From assembly GCA_005239945.1 (NCBI GenBank), contig SBAY01000363.1, forward strand, positions 1 through 44,783: a DNA stretch of 44,783 bases, written 5' to 3'. Below, piece after piece: positions 16,272-24,332 of the stretch (the stretch's first letter is position 1; each line of letters opens with the position of its first letter). A program made the position numbers and the translations under genes. The notes under the pieces were generated by a model. The model did not search any database, was not told the DNA's origin, and saw only the letters and a program-made list of their open reading frames with translations. Source of the DNA: Nitrospira sp. GTDB lineage: Bacteria; UBA9089; CG2-30-40-21; SBAY01.

Positions 16272-17720
16272 ATGTCAGAAGCTAAAAGAATTTTACTGGT
16301 CGAAGACAATCCGAATGATGTGCTTGTTGTGAAACGATTTTTGAGCAAGACCGCCGAGAGATTTGAGGTTGAGGTAGCAACTACAGGAAAAGAGGGAATA
16401 GAAAAACTCAAAAAGGGGAATTTTGACTGCTTATTGCTTGACTATAGGCTACCGGATACAAATGCCTTAGAGTTTTTACAAAACAAGGAATTTCCAGATG
16501 TTCCGGTCATTATTCTTACCGGCTTGAAGGATGAGCGGCTTCTTATCGGGGCATTAAAACTTGGCGTAGTTAATTTCCTCACCAAAGACGAGATTTCCGG
16601 TGAGATTCTTTACCATTCCATCCTGAATGCCCTGTCCTCAAAACAAAAAAGTCAATTCTTAGAAGAGAAAAAAGAATATATCTATGAGGGGTTAATGAAC
16701 TCCATGGGGCAAGGATTATTTGCCCTTGACTTAAACGATAACATCGTTTTTATCAATCAAAGACTCGCTGAAATCTTAGGCTATCAAGAATTTGAGTTAT
16801 TGGGTAAGCCTGTCTTTAATTTAATCGATGAAAAGGATATTGAAACCTTTCGGAATGAATATTCCAAAGTCAAATCAGGCAAGAGAACTGATTTTGAAAT
16901 GCTTCTGACATCGAAAATGAAAGAAAAAATCCATGTTTTTATTAATCAGACGCCTTTGTTCGATAACAATGGTGTTTTTAACGGCAGCCTTTCTTTGGTA
17001 GCGGATATTACCAATTTAAAGGAAATGGAAAAAAGATTGAGGGAGGCTGAGAAATTAACGATGATGACTCAAATTGCCTCAGAAACCGCACATGAAATTA
17101 GAAATCCATTGACTGTCATCAAAGGTGGACTCTATCTGCTGAAGATGACCTTGCCAAAAGAAAAAGCTATAGAGGAGCAAATTTCACAAATAGATAGGGC
17201 TGTTGATAGGGTAAATGCCCATATGGATGACCTGTTGAATCTTTCAAAACCCCCTGTGCTCAAATTAAGGACAGCGAATATAAATGGCCTTATCGAGGAA
17301 GCCTTAGCTGAGGTGCCACCTGAGATTCTTTCAAATATAGAGGTAATAAAGAAGTTGGAAGATGGTTATCCGCAAGTAAATGTTGATAGCGAGAGATTAA
17401 AGCGGGTTTTTATAAACCTGATTAAAAATGCCTTAGAATCTATGGAAGGAAAAGGAAAATTGCGGATTGCGGTTCATAGAGAGCAAATTAAAAAAAGGGA
17501 ATTTATCTCCATAACATTTGAGGATACAGGATACGGAATCCCGGAGGATGACTTAGAAAAGATTTTTGACCCTTTCTACACGACTAAAACTAAAGGGACA
17601 GGGTTAGGATTGGTTATTTGCAAACGGATTATCGATGCCCATCATGGAAACATAGAAGTGCAGAGTAAGGTTGGTATTGGCACAACATTTACGGTTCAAC
17701 TGCCGATTTTTAGTTCTTAA
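16272..17720 (+). CDS. hybrid receiver-PAS-histidine kinase
   Basis: N-terminal REC (ILLVEDNPND, LLLDYRLPD), a PAS (FALDLNDNIVFINQRLAEILGY), the H-box ASETAHEIRNPL, and HATPase (DTGYGIP, GTGLGL). Confidence 0.88.
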   Translation: MSEAKRILLVEDNPNDVLVVKRFLSKTAERFEVEVATTGKEGIEKLKKGNFDCLLLDYRLPDTNALEFLQNKEFPDVPVIILTGLKDERLLIGALKLGVVNFLTKDEISGEILYHSILNALSSKQKSQFLEEKKEYIYEGLMNSMGQGLFALDLNDNIVFINQRLAEILGYQEFELLGKPVFNLIDEKDIETFRNEYSKVKSGKRTDFEMLLTSKMKEKIHVFINQTPLFDNNGVFNGSLSLVADITNLKEMEKRLREAEKLTMMTQIASETAHEIRNPLTVIKGGLYLLKMTLPKEKAIEEQISQIDRAVDRVNAHMDDLLNLSKPPVLKLRTANINGLIEEALAEVPPEILSNIEVIKKLEDGYPQVNVDSERLKRVFINLIKNALESMEGKGKLRIAVHREQIKKREFISITFEDTGYGIPEDDLEKIFDPFYTTKTKGTGLGLVICKRIIDAHHGNIEVQSKVGIGTTFTVQLPIFSS

Positions 17721-17728
17721 CATAAAGA

Positions 17729-17895
17729 CTTCTGCGAAATAAGAAATGTTAAGCGAGGAGAGATATGCCACAAAGTCACCAAAACACAAAGAATTAGCAT
17801 TGAGCAAAGAGCACGGAGCATGGAAATTCTTTTTTCTCCAAGCTCTATGCTTCAGGCTCAAAGTTTTTTTAGTGCCTTTGTGTCTTTGCGGCTAA
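17729..17895 (+). repeat. structured ~140-170 bp repeat, copy 2 (5' of queC)
   Basis: Nearly identical core to copy 1 (..gatatgccacaaagtcacc..acacaaagaattagcattgagcaaagagcacggagcatggaaattcttttttctcc..). The upstream extension cttctgcgaaataagaaatgttaagcgagg is shared with copy 3. Confidence 0.85.
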
Positions 17896-17921
17896 TTAGT
17901 TGAAAGATAACGAGGGGAAAA

Positions 17922-18728
17922 ATGAAAAAGGCAGTTATCTTGCTTTCCGGGGGATTGGATTCTACTACCACCCTTTATTGGGCAAAAAATCAAGGATACA
18001 CTTGCGTCTGCCTGATTTTTGACTACGGCCAGCGACATCGAAAGGAAGTTCAATGTGCCATAAAAATAGCCGAGAGGATAGGCTGTGAATTCCAGGTAAT
18101 CAAATTCAAGTTTCCCTGGCTGAGAAGTGCGTTACTTGATAAAAGGATGCCTATTCCTAATTCCTCCTTAATAACGGGGGGCAGTGAATATCCCCCCTTA
18201 ATAAAGGGGGTCAGGGGGTGTTCCCCCTTAATAAAGGGGGTCAGGGGGTTGTCTCCTACAGAAATTCCATCTACTTATGTTGTTTCATCCAATCCAAAAT
18301 CCAAAATCCAAAATCCAAAATTCCAAACAGAAATTCCATCCACTTATGTTCCAGCCCGCAATACCATCTTTCTCTCCTTTGCCCTATCTTGCGCCGAGGC
18401 AATTGGGGCACAGACAATAATTATAGGGGCTAACGCCTTAGACTACAGTGGTTATCCTGATTGTCGTCCTGAATATTACGAGGCATTCAGGAAGGTAGCG
18501 GCACTTGGAACCAAACAAGGCGTGGAAGACAAACCAATAGAAATTCTTACCCCATTAATTAATAAGACAAAGGCGGAAATCGTAAAATTAGGGCTCAGCC
18601 TTAATGTCCCGTTTGAACTAACCTGGTCATGCTACAAAGGTGGCAAAAACCCCTGTGGGAAATGCGATAGCTGTTTGTTGCGAAGTAAAGGCTTTAACGA
18701 GGCAAAAATACAGGACCCGATATTATAG
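17922..18728 (+). CDS. queC: 7-cyano-7-deazaguanine synthase with a ~55-aa repeat-derived in-frame insertion
   Basis: SGGLDSTT PP-loop, DYGQRH, TYVPARN, DYSGYPDCR and the C-terminal Zn site CYKGGKNPCGKCDSC are all present. About 268 aa, against about 220-230 aa recalled for E. coli and B. subtilis QueC. The extra segment maps to 18161-18326. Confidence 0.88.
   Translation: MKKAVILLSGGLDSTTTLYWAKNQGYTCVCLIFDYGQRHRKEVQCAIKIAERIGCEFQVIKFKFPWLRSALLDKRMPIPNSSLITGGSEYPPLIKGVRGCSPLIKGVRGLSPTEIPSTYVVSSNPKSKIQNPKFQTEIPSTYVPARNTIFLSFALSCAEAIGAQTIIIGANALDYSGYPDCRPEYYEAFRKVAALGTKQGVEDKPIEILTPLINKTKAEIVKLGLSLNVPFELTWSCYKGGKNPCGKCDSCLLRSKGFNEAKIQDPIL
18161..18250 (+). repeat. 3 x 30-bp tandem hairpin units (CCCCC-TTAATAAA-GGGGG) inside queC
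   Basis: Units are ttcctccttaataacggggggcagtgaata / tccccccttaataaagggggtcagggggtg / ttcccccttaataaagggggtcagggggtt. They translate as SSLITGGSEY / PPLIKGVRGC / SPLIKGVRGL. Confidence 0.9.
18258..18350 (+). repeat. 24-bp direct repeat flanking a 45-bp AATCCAAAAT-word insert inside queC
   Basis: acagaaattccatctacttatgtt (18258-18281) and acagaaattccatccacttatgtt (18327-18350) both encode TEIPSTYV. Between them lies gtttcatccaatccaaaatccaaaatccaaaatccaaaattccaa, the same word as the intergenic hairpin arm at 21094-21125. Confidence 0.9.
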
Positions 18729-18818
18729 ATAAGGGTTCCCGGGGCAAAGGCAAGAAAAAAATCCTTCCTTCTTCCCTTGTCCCCTTAATCCCTTTTGAAC
18801 TTTTTTGGATTAACTTCT

Positions 18819-19790
18819 TTATTTAACACCGTAATGGTTACGCCAATAATCAAGAATATCTGTCAGTGTTTTTTCAAAAGGTATAGTTGGTTGCCAACCG
18901 GTTTTTTCACTAAACTTAGTATGGTCGCCTAATAATATGAGGACATCAGAAGGACGCATACGAGATGGGTCTTGTTTTATCTCAACCTTTATTTTAGACA
19001 TGGAAAGTAATATATCTAAAACCTCTTTTATCTTATATGCCTTTCCAGAACAAATATTATATACCTCACCCATATCAGCCTTTTCAAGGGCTAACCAATA
19101 TGCTTTAACCATATCACGCACATCGGTATAATCCCTTTCTGCCTCAAGATTGCCTACATAAATAACAGGCTCTTTTAACCCTTTTTCAATTTCGGCAATT
19201 TGTTTAGCAAAATTTGCCTCGACAAAGACATCTCCCCGTCGAGGTCCACTATGATTAAATCCACGGGTTCTAACAATATTAAGTTTATAACTCATATAAT
19301 ATTGATACCCTAAAAGATCATGGGCTACCTTACTGACACCATAAGGACTTAAAGGTCTGAGTGGATTAGTTTCTTTTATAGGGACTTCATCCGCATAAAC
19401 CATGCCGTATTCTTCTGATGAACCGGCAATCTGAATCTTAGTATCTAAAAGAGATGCTTTACGAATAGCCTCAAATATATTTAATGTACTTAATATATTG
19501 GTCATTAAAGTGTCATTAGGTGCCAGCCATGAGGTGGGAATAAAACTTTGAGCCGCCAGATGAAATATTTTATCTGGCCTCACCTCCTCAATACAATTTG
19601 TGACTGAGGATAGATCTCGCAAGTCACATTCAATTAAGGTAATCTTATCTTCAATATGCTCAATATGTTCCATCCTGCTGCGCCATCTTCTGATTCCATA
19701 AACCTCTACATCCCCTCGTTCAAGCAAAAATTCAGCCATATAGCTACCGGCAAATCCTGTAATGCCTGTAATAAGACATCGTTCCTTCAT
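18819..19790 (-). CDS. NAD-dependent sugar-nucleotide dehydratase/reductase (GDP-mannose 4,6-dehydratase / Rmd family SDR)
   Basis: ITGITGFAGSYMAEFLL is a Rossmann GxxGxxG motif, and YGVSKVAHDLL is the YxxxK catalytic motif. It lies next to manC. Confidence 0.75.
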   Translation of the reverse strand: MKERCLITGITGFAGSYMAEFLLERGDVEVYGIRRWRSRMEHIEHIEDKITLIECDLRDLSSVTNCIEEVRPDKIFHLAAQSFIPTSWLAPNDTLMTNILSTLNIFEAIRKASLLDTKIQIAGSSEEYGMVYADEVPIKETNPLRPLSPYGVSKVAHDLLGYQYYMSYKLNIVRTRGFNHSGPRRGDVFVEANFAKQIAEIEKGLKEPVIYVGNLEAERDYTDVRDMVKAYWLALEKADMGEVYNICSGKAYKIKEVLDILLSMSKIKVEIKQDPSRMRPSDVLILLGDHTKFSEKTGWQPTIPFEKTLTDILDYWRNHYGVK

Positions 19791-19899
19791 TATTTAAATA
19801 CCTCCTTGAATTATTAATTAAAAATTATGAATTAAAAATTAAAAATTGAGGGATAAGAAAGTATCTTTTCCTTGATTTTCAATTCATAATTCATAATTT

Positions 19900-20937
19900 T
19901 TAATTTCTCAATTTCTCTACTATTTTCTTGACTTCTTCTGCCCTTTCCTTGGCACAGATAAGGATAGCCTCTCCACTATCCACGATAATCAAATCAGAGA
20001 TTCCAAGTGTAGCAATCATTTTTTTATCTCCCCTGATGATACAATTTTGCGTATCGATTCCCACATGTTCACCCAGGACAACATTATTATTTTCATCTTT
20101 AGGATATATCCTTTCCAAAGCCTTCCATGAACCAACATCGTCCCAGATAAAATCCCCTTCGAGCATCAGGATATTTTTCGCCTTTTCCATTACACCAAAA
20201 TCTATAGAGATATTTTCTACCTCCTGATAGAATTCCTCTAACTCAGCCTCCCGGCAATTTTGAATTTTTATTAATCCTGAATATAACCCGGGCATAAATT
20301 TAGAAAAGGCATTAAGAATTGCCTGGACATGCCAGATAAATATACCACTATTCCAGAAATACCCTCCTTGAGCAATAAACCCCCTGGCGGTATCCAGATT
20401 GGGTTTTTCTTTAAATGAATGGACCTTATAAATAGAGATACCATTTTTTATCTCTACTTTTTTATCCACTTCTATATAGCCATAACCTGTTTCAGGACGG
20501 GTAGGTTTAATCCCAAAGGTGATAAGATTTTCTTTTTTTTGAGCCAACTCATAACCCAGGGATAAAATCTTTAAAAATTTCTCCTCATCCGGAATAAAAT
20601 GGTCTGCCGGTAAAACCACAAAGCTTGCGTCTTTATCCTTTTTCCTTAAGTACAAAGCGGCTAAGGCAATAGCCGGAGCAGTGTTCTTTCGCCCTGGCTC
20701 AACAATAATATTATCCTGAGTAAGACTACTAATTCCAGACAGAATTTTATCCCCGATGTTTTTATTGGTAACAATCAATATCCGCTCTCGTGGAATCAAA
20801 GGGGCAATTCGAGTAAGCGTTTCCTCTAATAATGTCTTTTTGCCTGTAATTGATAATAATTGTTTGGGTGTATCTGGTTTACTTTTTGGCCAGAATCTAT
20901 CCCCAAATCCACCTGCCAGAATCACACCATAAAGCAT
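19900..20937 (-). CDS. manC: mannose-1-phosphate guanylyltransferase (no PMI domain)
   Basis: ILAGGFGDRFWPKS N-terminal nucleotidyltransferase motif, VLPADHFI and GYGYIE. 345 aa. Confidence 0.8.
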   Translation of the reverse strand: MLYGVILAGGFGDRFWPKSKPDTPKQLLSITGKKTLLEETLTRIAPLIPRERILIVTNKNIGDKILSGISSLTQDNIIVEPGRKNTAPAIALAALYLRKKDKDASFVVLPADHFIPDEEKFLKILSLGYELAQKKENLITFGIKPTRPETGYGYIEVDKKVEIKNGISIYKVHSFKEKPNLDTARGFIAQGGYFWNSGIFIWHVQAILNAFSKFMPGLYSGLIKIQNCREAELEEFYQEVENISIDFGVMEKAKNILMLEGDFIWDDVGSWKALERIYPKDENNNVVLGEHVGIDTQNCIIRGDKKMIATLGISDLIIVDSGEAILICAKERAEEVKKIVEKLRN

Positions 20938-20976
20938 CTTTATTTTCCTTTTCTGTTTTGAATTCAGCGTTAAGTG

Positions 20977-21005
20977 ATTATACCATTTATTTTTGTAGAT
21001 GTCAA
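20977..21005 (-). promoter_or_regulatory. consensus sigma70 promoter (TTGACA-17-TATAAT on the minus strand) for manC
   Basis: The minus strand reads ttgaca tctacaaaaataaatgg tataat. About 40 nt of leader, containing AAAGGAAA, precede ATG 20937. Confidence 0.6.
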
Positions 21006-21019
21006 TGGGAAAAATGGTA

Positions 21020-21218
21020 CTCAGGTAATCCCTCAGTTACCAGTTAATACCAAATGGATTTTGGATTTTGGATTGAGGAATCTTAATATCCTTAATCCAA
21101 AATCGAAAATCTAAAATCCAAAATTGTAATCGTAATCTGATACCTGATAGCTTACCAACCGGTAACTGAGGCATTACGTAATCGGTGATCGGTAAATATT
21201 TATCTGATTACCGATTAC
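21020..21218. repeat. compound palindrome: CCTCAGTTACC/GGTAACTGAGG outer arms, GGATTTTGG/CCAAAATCC inner hairpin, then a GGTAATCGG-word hairpin
   Basis: ctcaggtaatccctcagttacc..ggattttggattttggatt gaggaatcttaatatcctt aatccaaaatcgaaaatctaaaatccaaaatt..ccggtaactgaggcattacg, then taatcggtgatcggtaaatatttatctgattaccgatta. It lies between the lptC stop and the manC promoter. Confidence 0.8.
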
Positions 21219-21219
21219 C

Positions 21220-21768
21220 TTACTTAATAACTATCCGTACCTTTTCTTTGATTTCTATTCTATCCTTATCGGAATCAATTTCTAATCCATAACCGGACAG
21301 ATGTGCCTTGCCATAAATCACGGTTACCTTATCCGGTGTAATCAAAATTCCTGATTTAGCCCTCCACCTGAGGGTATTGGTTATAAATTCTGCCCCATCT
21401 TTAGTTACTGCTTTAACATCATTCTTTAGTTCGATATCCCTTGTTTGGGTATCTAAAATCCCTTTTTTAGCCGCTACATTTAGAATAGGTTCGTTAGTCT
21501 GTTTTGCTGAGAAAAATACGCATTTAATCTCCTCAAGATTGGTTTGTGTTTGAGTAACCTCTGCCTCTTTCGCCCATAATTCCCATTGTGGTTTACCACC
21601 TATTGTCTCTATGAGATGAAATCCACTCAAGCCTAATTCTGCACCTGGGGATTGGGTAGCGGAATCTTTCTCTGTCGGCTCTGTTTTATCCCCTTTTTTT
21701 ACTAAAAGCAAGATGATAATTAAAGTCAAAACTACGATGATTAGCCCATAAACCCTTAACTTCCTCAT
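21220..21768 (-). CDS. lptC: LptC-like periplasmic LPS-export protein
   Basis: A single N-terminal TM anchor followed by a beta-rich domain of about 150 aa. It lies directly downstream of, and is coupled to, kdsD, sharing one nt (21768) between the kdsD stop codon and the lptC start codon. The call rests on position and architecture. Confidence 0.55.
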   Translation of the reverse strand: MRKLRVYGLIIVVLTLIIILLLVKKGDKTEPTEKDSATQSPGAELGLSGFHLIETIGGKPQWELWAKEAEVTQTQTNLEEIKCVFFSAKQTNEPILNVAAKKGILDTQTRDIELKNDVKAVTKDGAEFITNTLRWRAKSGILITPDKVTVIYGKAHLSGYGLEIDSDKDRIEIKEKVRIVIK

Positions 21769-22739
21769 TAAACTACCCCGGCTTTAAGTAAATCATGCAG
21801 ATGGACAATTCCAATTACTTTATGCTGTTTATTGGTAATGAGTAACGAGGTGATGGTATATTCTTCCATTTTTGCAACGGCTGTGGCACAAAGAGCCTTG
21901 TCGGAAATCGTTTTTGGGTTTTTCGTCATTATCTCTTTCACCTTTAAGTCCCAAATATCCTCGTTCTTTCTTTTCTCCATTAATCGGCGTAAGTCACCAT
22001 CGGTAATTATGCCAACTAATCCGTCTTTTTCATCTACTACCGTTGTTATTCCTAAGCGTTTAGAAGTCATCTCAAATAACGCATCTCGCATTAGCGTTCC
22101 TTCAGTAACCTTTGGTATGGCACCTCCTGTGTGCATAACATCTTCAACCCTAAGTAATAATTTTCTGCCTAATGTACCGCCAGGATGCAGTAAAGCAAAG
22201 TCTTCCTCCTTAAATCCTTTTTTTTTGAATAAGGCAATGGCTAAGGCATCACCCATAGCCAGGGTAGCCGTAGTACTTGCCGTCGGGACAAGCCCTAATG
22301 GACAGGCCTCCTCTTTTACCCCTACATCCAGGACCACATCGCTATTGTTCGCCAAGGTAGAATTTAGGTTTCCAGTCAGGGCAATAAGTTTAATCCCCAG
22401 CCGTTTGATACTCGGTAGTAGACGATTAATCTCCTCGGTCTCACCGCTATTAGAAAGGGCGATAAGGACATCTTGTTTGGAGACCATGCCTAAATCACCA
22501 TGCATTCCTTCGGCCGGATGCATAAATAAGGCTAATGTGCCGGTAGAGGCTAATGTCCCAGCAATTTTTTCACCGATGATGCCGCTCTTACCCATACCGG
22601 TTACAACCACCCTACCCTTACATTTGTAAAGTAACTCAAGTGCCGCTAAAAAACTCGTATCGATTTTATCTACAAGGTTGGAAATTGCCTCAGCCTCAAT
22701 TTGCAGGACCTTTTTCGCCTCGTCTAAAAGCGTCTTCAT
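21768..22739 (-). CDS. kdsD: arabinose-5-phosphate isomerase (SIS + tandem CBS)
   Basis: GRVVVTGMGKSGIIGEKIAGTLASTG and ALSNSGET are SIS motifs, followed by two CBS repeats at the C-terminus. 323 aa. Confidence 0.9.
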   Translation of the reverse strand: MKTLLDEAKKVLQIEAEAISNLVDKIDTSFLAALELLYKCKGRVVVTGMGKSGIIGEKIAGTLASTGTLALFMHPAEGMHGDLGMVSKQDVLIALSNSGETEEINRLLPSIKRLGIKLIALTGNLNSTLANNSDVVLDVGVKEEACPLGLVPTASTTATLAMGDALAIALFKKKGFKEEDFALLHPGGTLGRKLLLRVEDVMHTGGAIPKVTEGTLMRDALFEMTSKRLGITTVVDEKDGLVGIITDGDLRRLMEKRKNEDIWDLKVKEIMTKNPKTISDKALCATAVAKMEEYTITSLLITNKQHKVIGIVHLHDLLKAGVV

Positions 22740-22814
22740 CTTTTTTACCCCTTTTACCTGACACCTGTTTTGCCTCCGGTAATATTATCACCCAGGCTTT
22801 TTCTATATTCTTTA

Positions 22815-23004
22815 CTTCAATTCAGACATTAGACCATCGACTAAAGACTTAAGTCGTAAGCGGTTAGCCGAAAGATTACTCTTTCAGTTTTTGGAGGAGA
22901 CAGGTGTTCATCCATTATCTTTTTCTCCATCTGAAAGCTGACGGTTGAATGTTTACGACTTAAGTCTGATGTCTAAAGTCTGAAGTCTAATGTCTGAATT
23001 GAAG
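22815..23004. repeat. ~190-bp imperfect palindrome between the ybbR-like gene and kdsD
   Basis: Left arm cttcaattcagacattagac..gacttaagtcgtaa..ctttcag..tggagga. Right arm ttctcca..ctgaaag..ttacgacttaagtc..gtctaatgtctgaattgaag. Perfect sub-stems of 14 bp (gacttaagtcgtaa) and about 15 bp (ttcaattcagacatt). Confidence 0.8.
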
Positions 23005-23039
23005 ATATTCTTTATGAAGGAGACTGCCAATCCATCATG

Positions 23040-23435
23040 TTACTCCTTTTTTCTTAAAGTTACGCTTACCTTTTGTGGTTCTATAGAAATAATCTTAACC
23101 CCTGTAGGGGTAACTACCTTATCCGGGAGAAGGTTATAAGAATAACTACCCGGGGCATTGATGCCGGTTAAATCAATAGGAAGATAGAATGCCGATGACT
23201 GACATTTCAAAACCGTAACTCTATCCCCCTGAACACTGATAGATACATTCTTGGTAGTTTGGTTAGAAACCATTAAGCCTTCGGGAACATTCTCAAAGGC
23301 AAGCGAAATACTGAAATCTCTAATTATAGATACCCCAACGGTAGTCGAAAACCATAATAGGACGGCTAATAAAAAACAGGATAATTTTATCCACAAATTA
23401 TTGGTAATCCAGGCATAAAGGTTTAACTTTTTCAT
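23040..23435 (-). CDS. YbbR-like domain protein (CdaR-type regulator of CdaA, short form)
   Basis: N-terminal TM anchor followed by one YbbR-like beta domain (VPEGLMV..VSISVQGD). It lies directly downstream of cdaA, as in cdaA-cdaR operons. Confidence 0.6.
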   Translation of the reverse strand: MKKLNLYAWITNNLWIKLSCFLLAVLLWFSTTVGVSIIRDFSISLAFENVPEGLMVSNQTTKNVSISVQGDRVTVLKCQSSAFYLPIDLTGINAPGSYSYNLLPDKVVTPTGVKIISIEPQKVSVTLRKKE

Positions 23436-23485
23436 CTATCCTCCCTGAATATAATTAACAATTAATAATTGATAATTGTTAATTG

Positions 23486-24274
23486 TTAATTGATTTCTGA
23501 CTTCTCTGTAAAACCTTCTGTCTCTTTTGCCTTATAAAGGGTAAGCATTTCTGTCAGGCTTTCTTCATCTAAATTACTACGCATCTTTCCATCCATGGCA
23601 ATAGATATACTTCCTGTTTCTTCAGAGACAACCAGAATTAAGGCGTCTGTTTCTTCAGATAGTCCCAGGGCCGCCCGATGTCTCGTTCCCAGTGGTATAG
23701 TTACATCAGGATTTTGAGTTAGTGGTAAGACACAACTTGCGGCTATTATTTTATCTTCCTGAATGATTACTGCCCCATCATGTAGGGGACTATCAGGGGT
23801 AAATATTGTCTTTAGCAGTTCATAACTTACCTCTGCATTTATTCTTACTCCTGTTTCTATATAATTTTTTAGACTTATATTTTGTCTTAAAACAATTAAT
23901 GCCCCTGAACCTTCCTTTGATAGAGCCATGATTACCCTTACAATTTCGGTGATTAATTTACTTTCTTGCTTGAAAAATTTCTTTAAAATATAATTTTTGT
24001 CAATTTCTCCTATGACTCGTCTTAATTCCGGTTGAAATAAAATCACAAAGGCTAAAGGTAAAATAGTCCATAAACTTCGAAGAATCCAATCTATCGTGTA
24101 TAATTGAAGTAAATGTGCACCAAAGGAGGCAATAATCAGAAAGGCAAGGACCTTCAACCCCTGGACAGCCCTTGTCTCTCTTATCAAGATAAATAACCAA
24201 TAAAAGATACAACTAATAAGTAATATCTCTAAAATATCTAAAAATCTAATTGCCAGTGGAAAAAAATTAATCAT
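23486..24274 (-). CDS. cdaA: diadenylate cyclase CdaA (3 TM + DAC domain)
   Basis: Three N-terminal TM helices, with the DAC motifs SPLHDGAVII, GTRHRAALGLSEETDA and VVSEETG. Confidence 0.9.
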   Translation of the reverse strand: MINFFPLAIRFLDILEILLISCIFYWLFILIRETRAVQGLKVLAFLIIASFGAHLLQLYTIDWILRSLWTILPLAFVILFQPELRRVIGEIDKNYILKKFFKQESKLITEIVRVIMALSKEGSGALIVLRQNISLKNYIETGVRINAEVSYELLKTIFTPDSPLHDGAVIIQEDKIIAASCVLPLTQNPDVTIPLGTRHRAALGLSEETDALILVVSEETGSISIAMDGKMRSNLDEESLTEMLTLYKAKETEGFTEKSEIN

Positions 24275-24294
24275 CTTGTTCCCCTATTATCTGT

Positions 24295-24328
24295 GTCAGA
24301 CCAGTCTAACCTGTCTGACTGGTCTGAC
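24295..24328 (-). terminator. 12-bp-stem hairpin after rho (GTCAGACCAGTC / GACTGGTCTGAC)
   Basis: A perfect 12-bp inverted repeat with a 10-nt loop lies between the rho stop (24333) and the cdaA start (24274). No U-tract follows, so terminator function is uncertain. Confidence 0.4.
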
Positions 24329-24332
24329 TATT

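Noticed and set aside
17604-17861. Small ORFs 17604-17861 (-) and 25657-25860 (+) both start M(S/N)LKHRAWRK.., which suggests a conserved small protein.
   Set aside because: They are read from the repeated element. A 1-nt indel between copies shifts the frame after about 10 codons, and copy 1 has no equivalent ATG. Conservation is therefore at the nucleotide level, and they are treated as non-coding.
17729-17921. A preQ1 riboswitch might be expected upstream of queC.
   Set aside because: I could not find the preQ1-I/II consensus (a short hairpin plus an A-rich ACUA tail). The structured sequence here is the same repeat found upstream of rho and the porin-like gene, so it is not queuosine-specific.
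18218-18433. A 71-aa alternative-frame ORF lies inside queC.
   Set aside because: It is created by the repeat insertion (poly-word sequence open in a second frame), and the queC frame carries all the conserved motifs.
21832-22629. A 265-aa ORF on the plus strand.
   Set aside because: It is entirely antisense to the well-supported kdsD and has a low-complexity Ser/Pro-rich translation with no SD. The same reasoning applies to 41562-42173 and 42180-42563 (antisense to gap), 442-741, 6096-6518, 7743-8156, the four minus-strand ORFs antisense to guaA (8728-8994, 8901-9167, 9139-9420, 9417-9611), 24493-24999 and 37025-37405.
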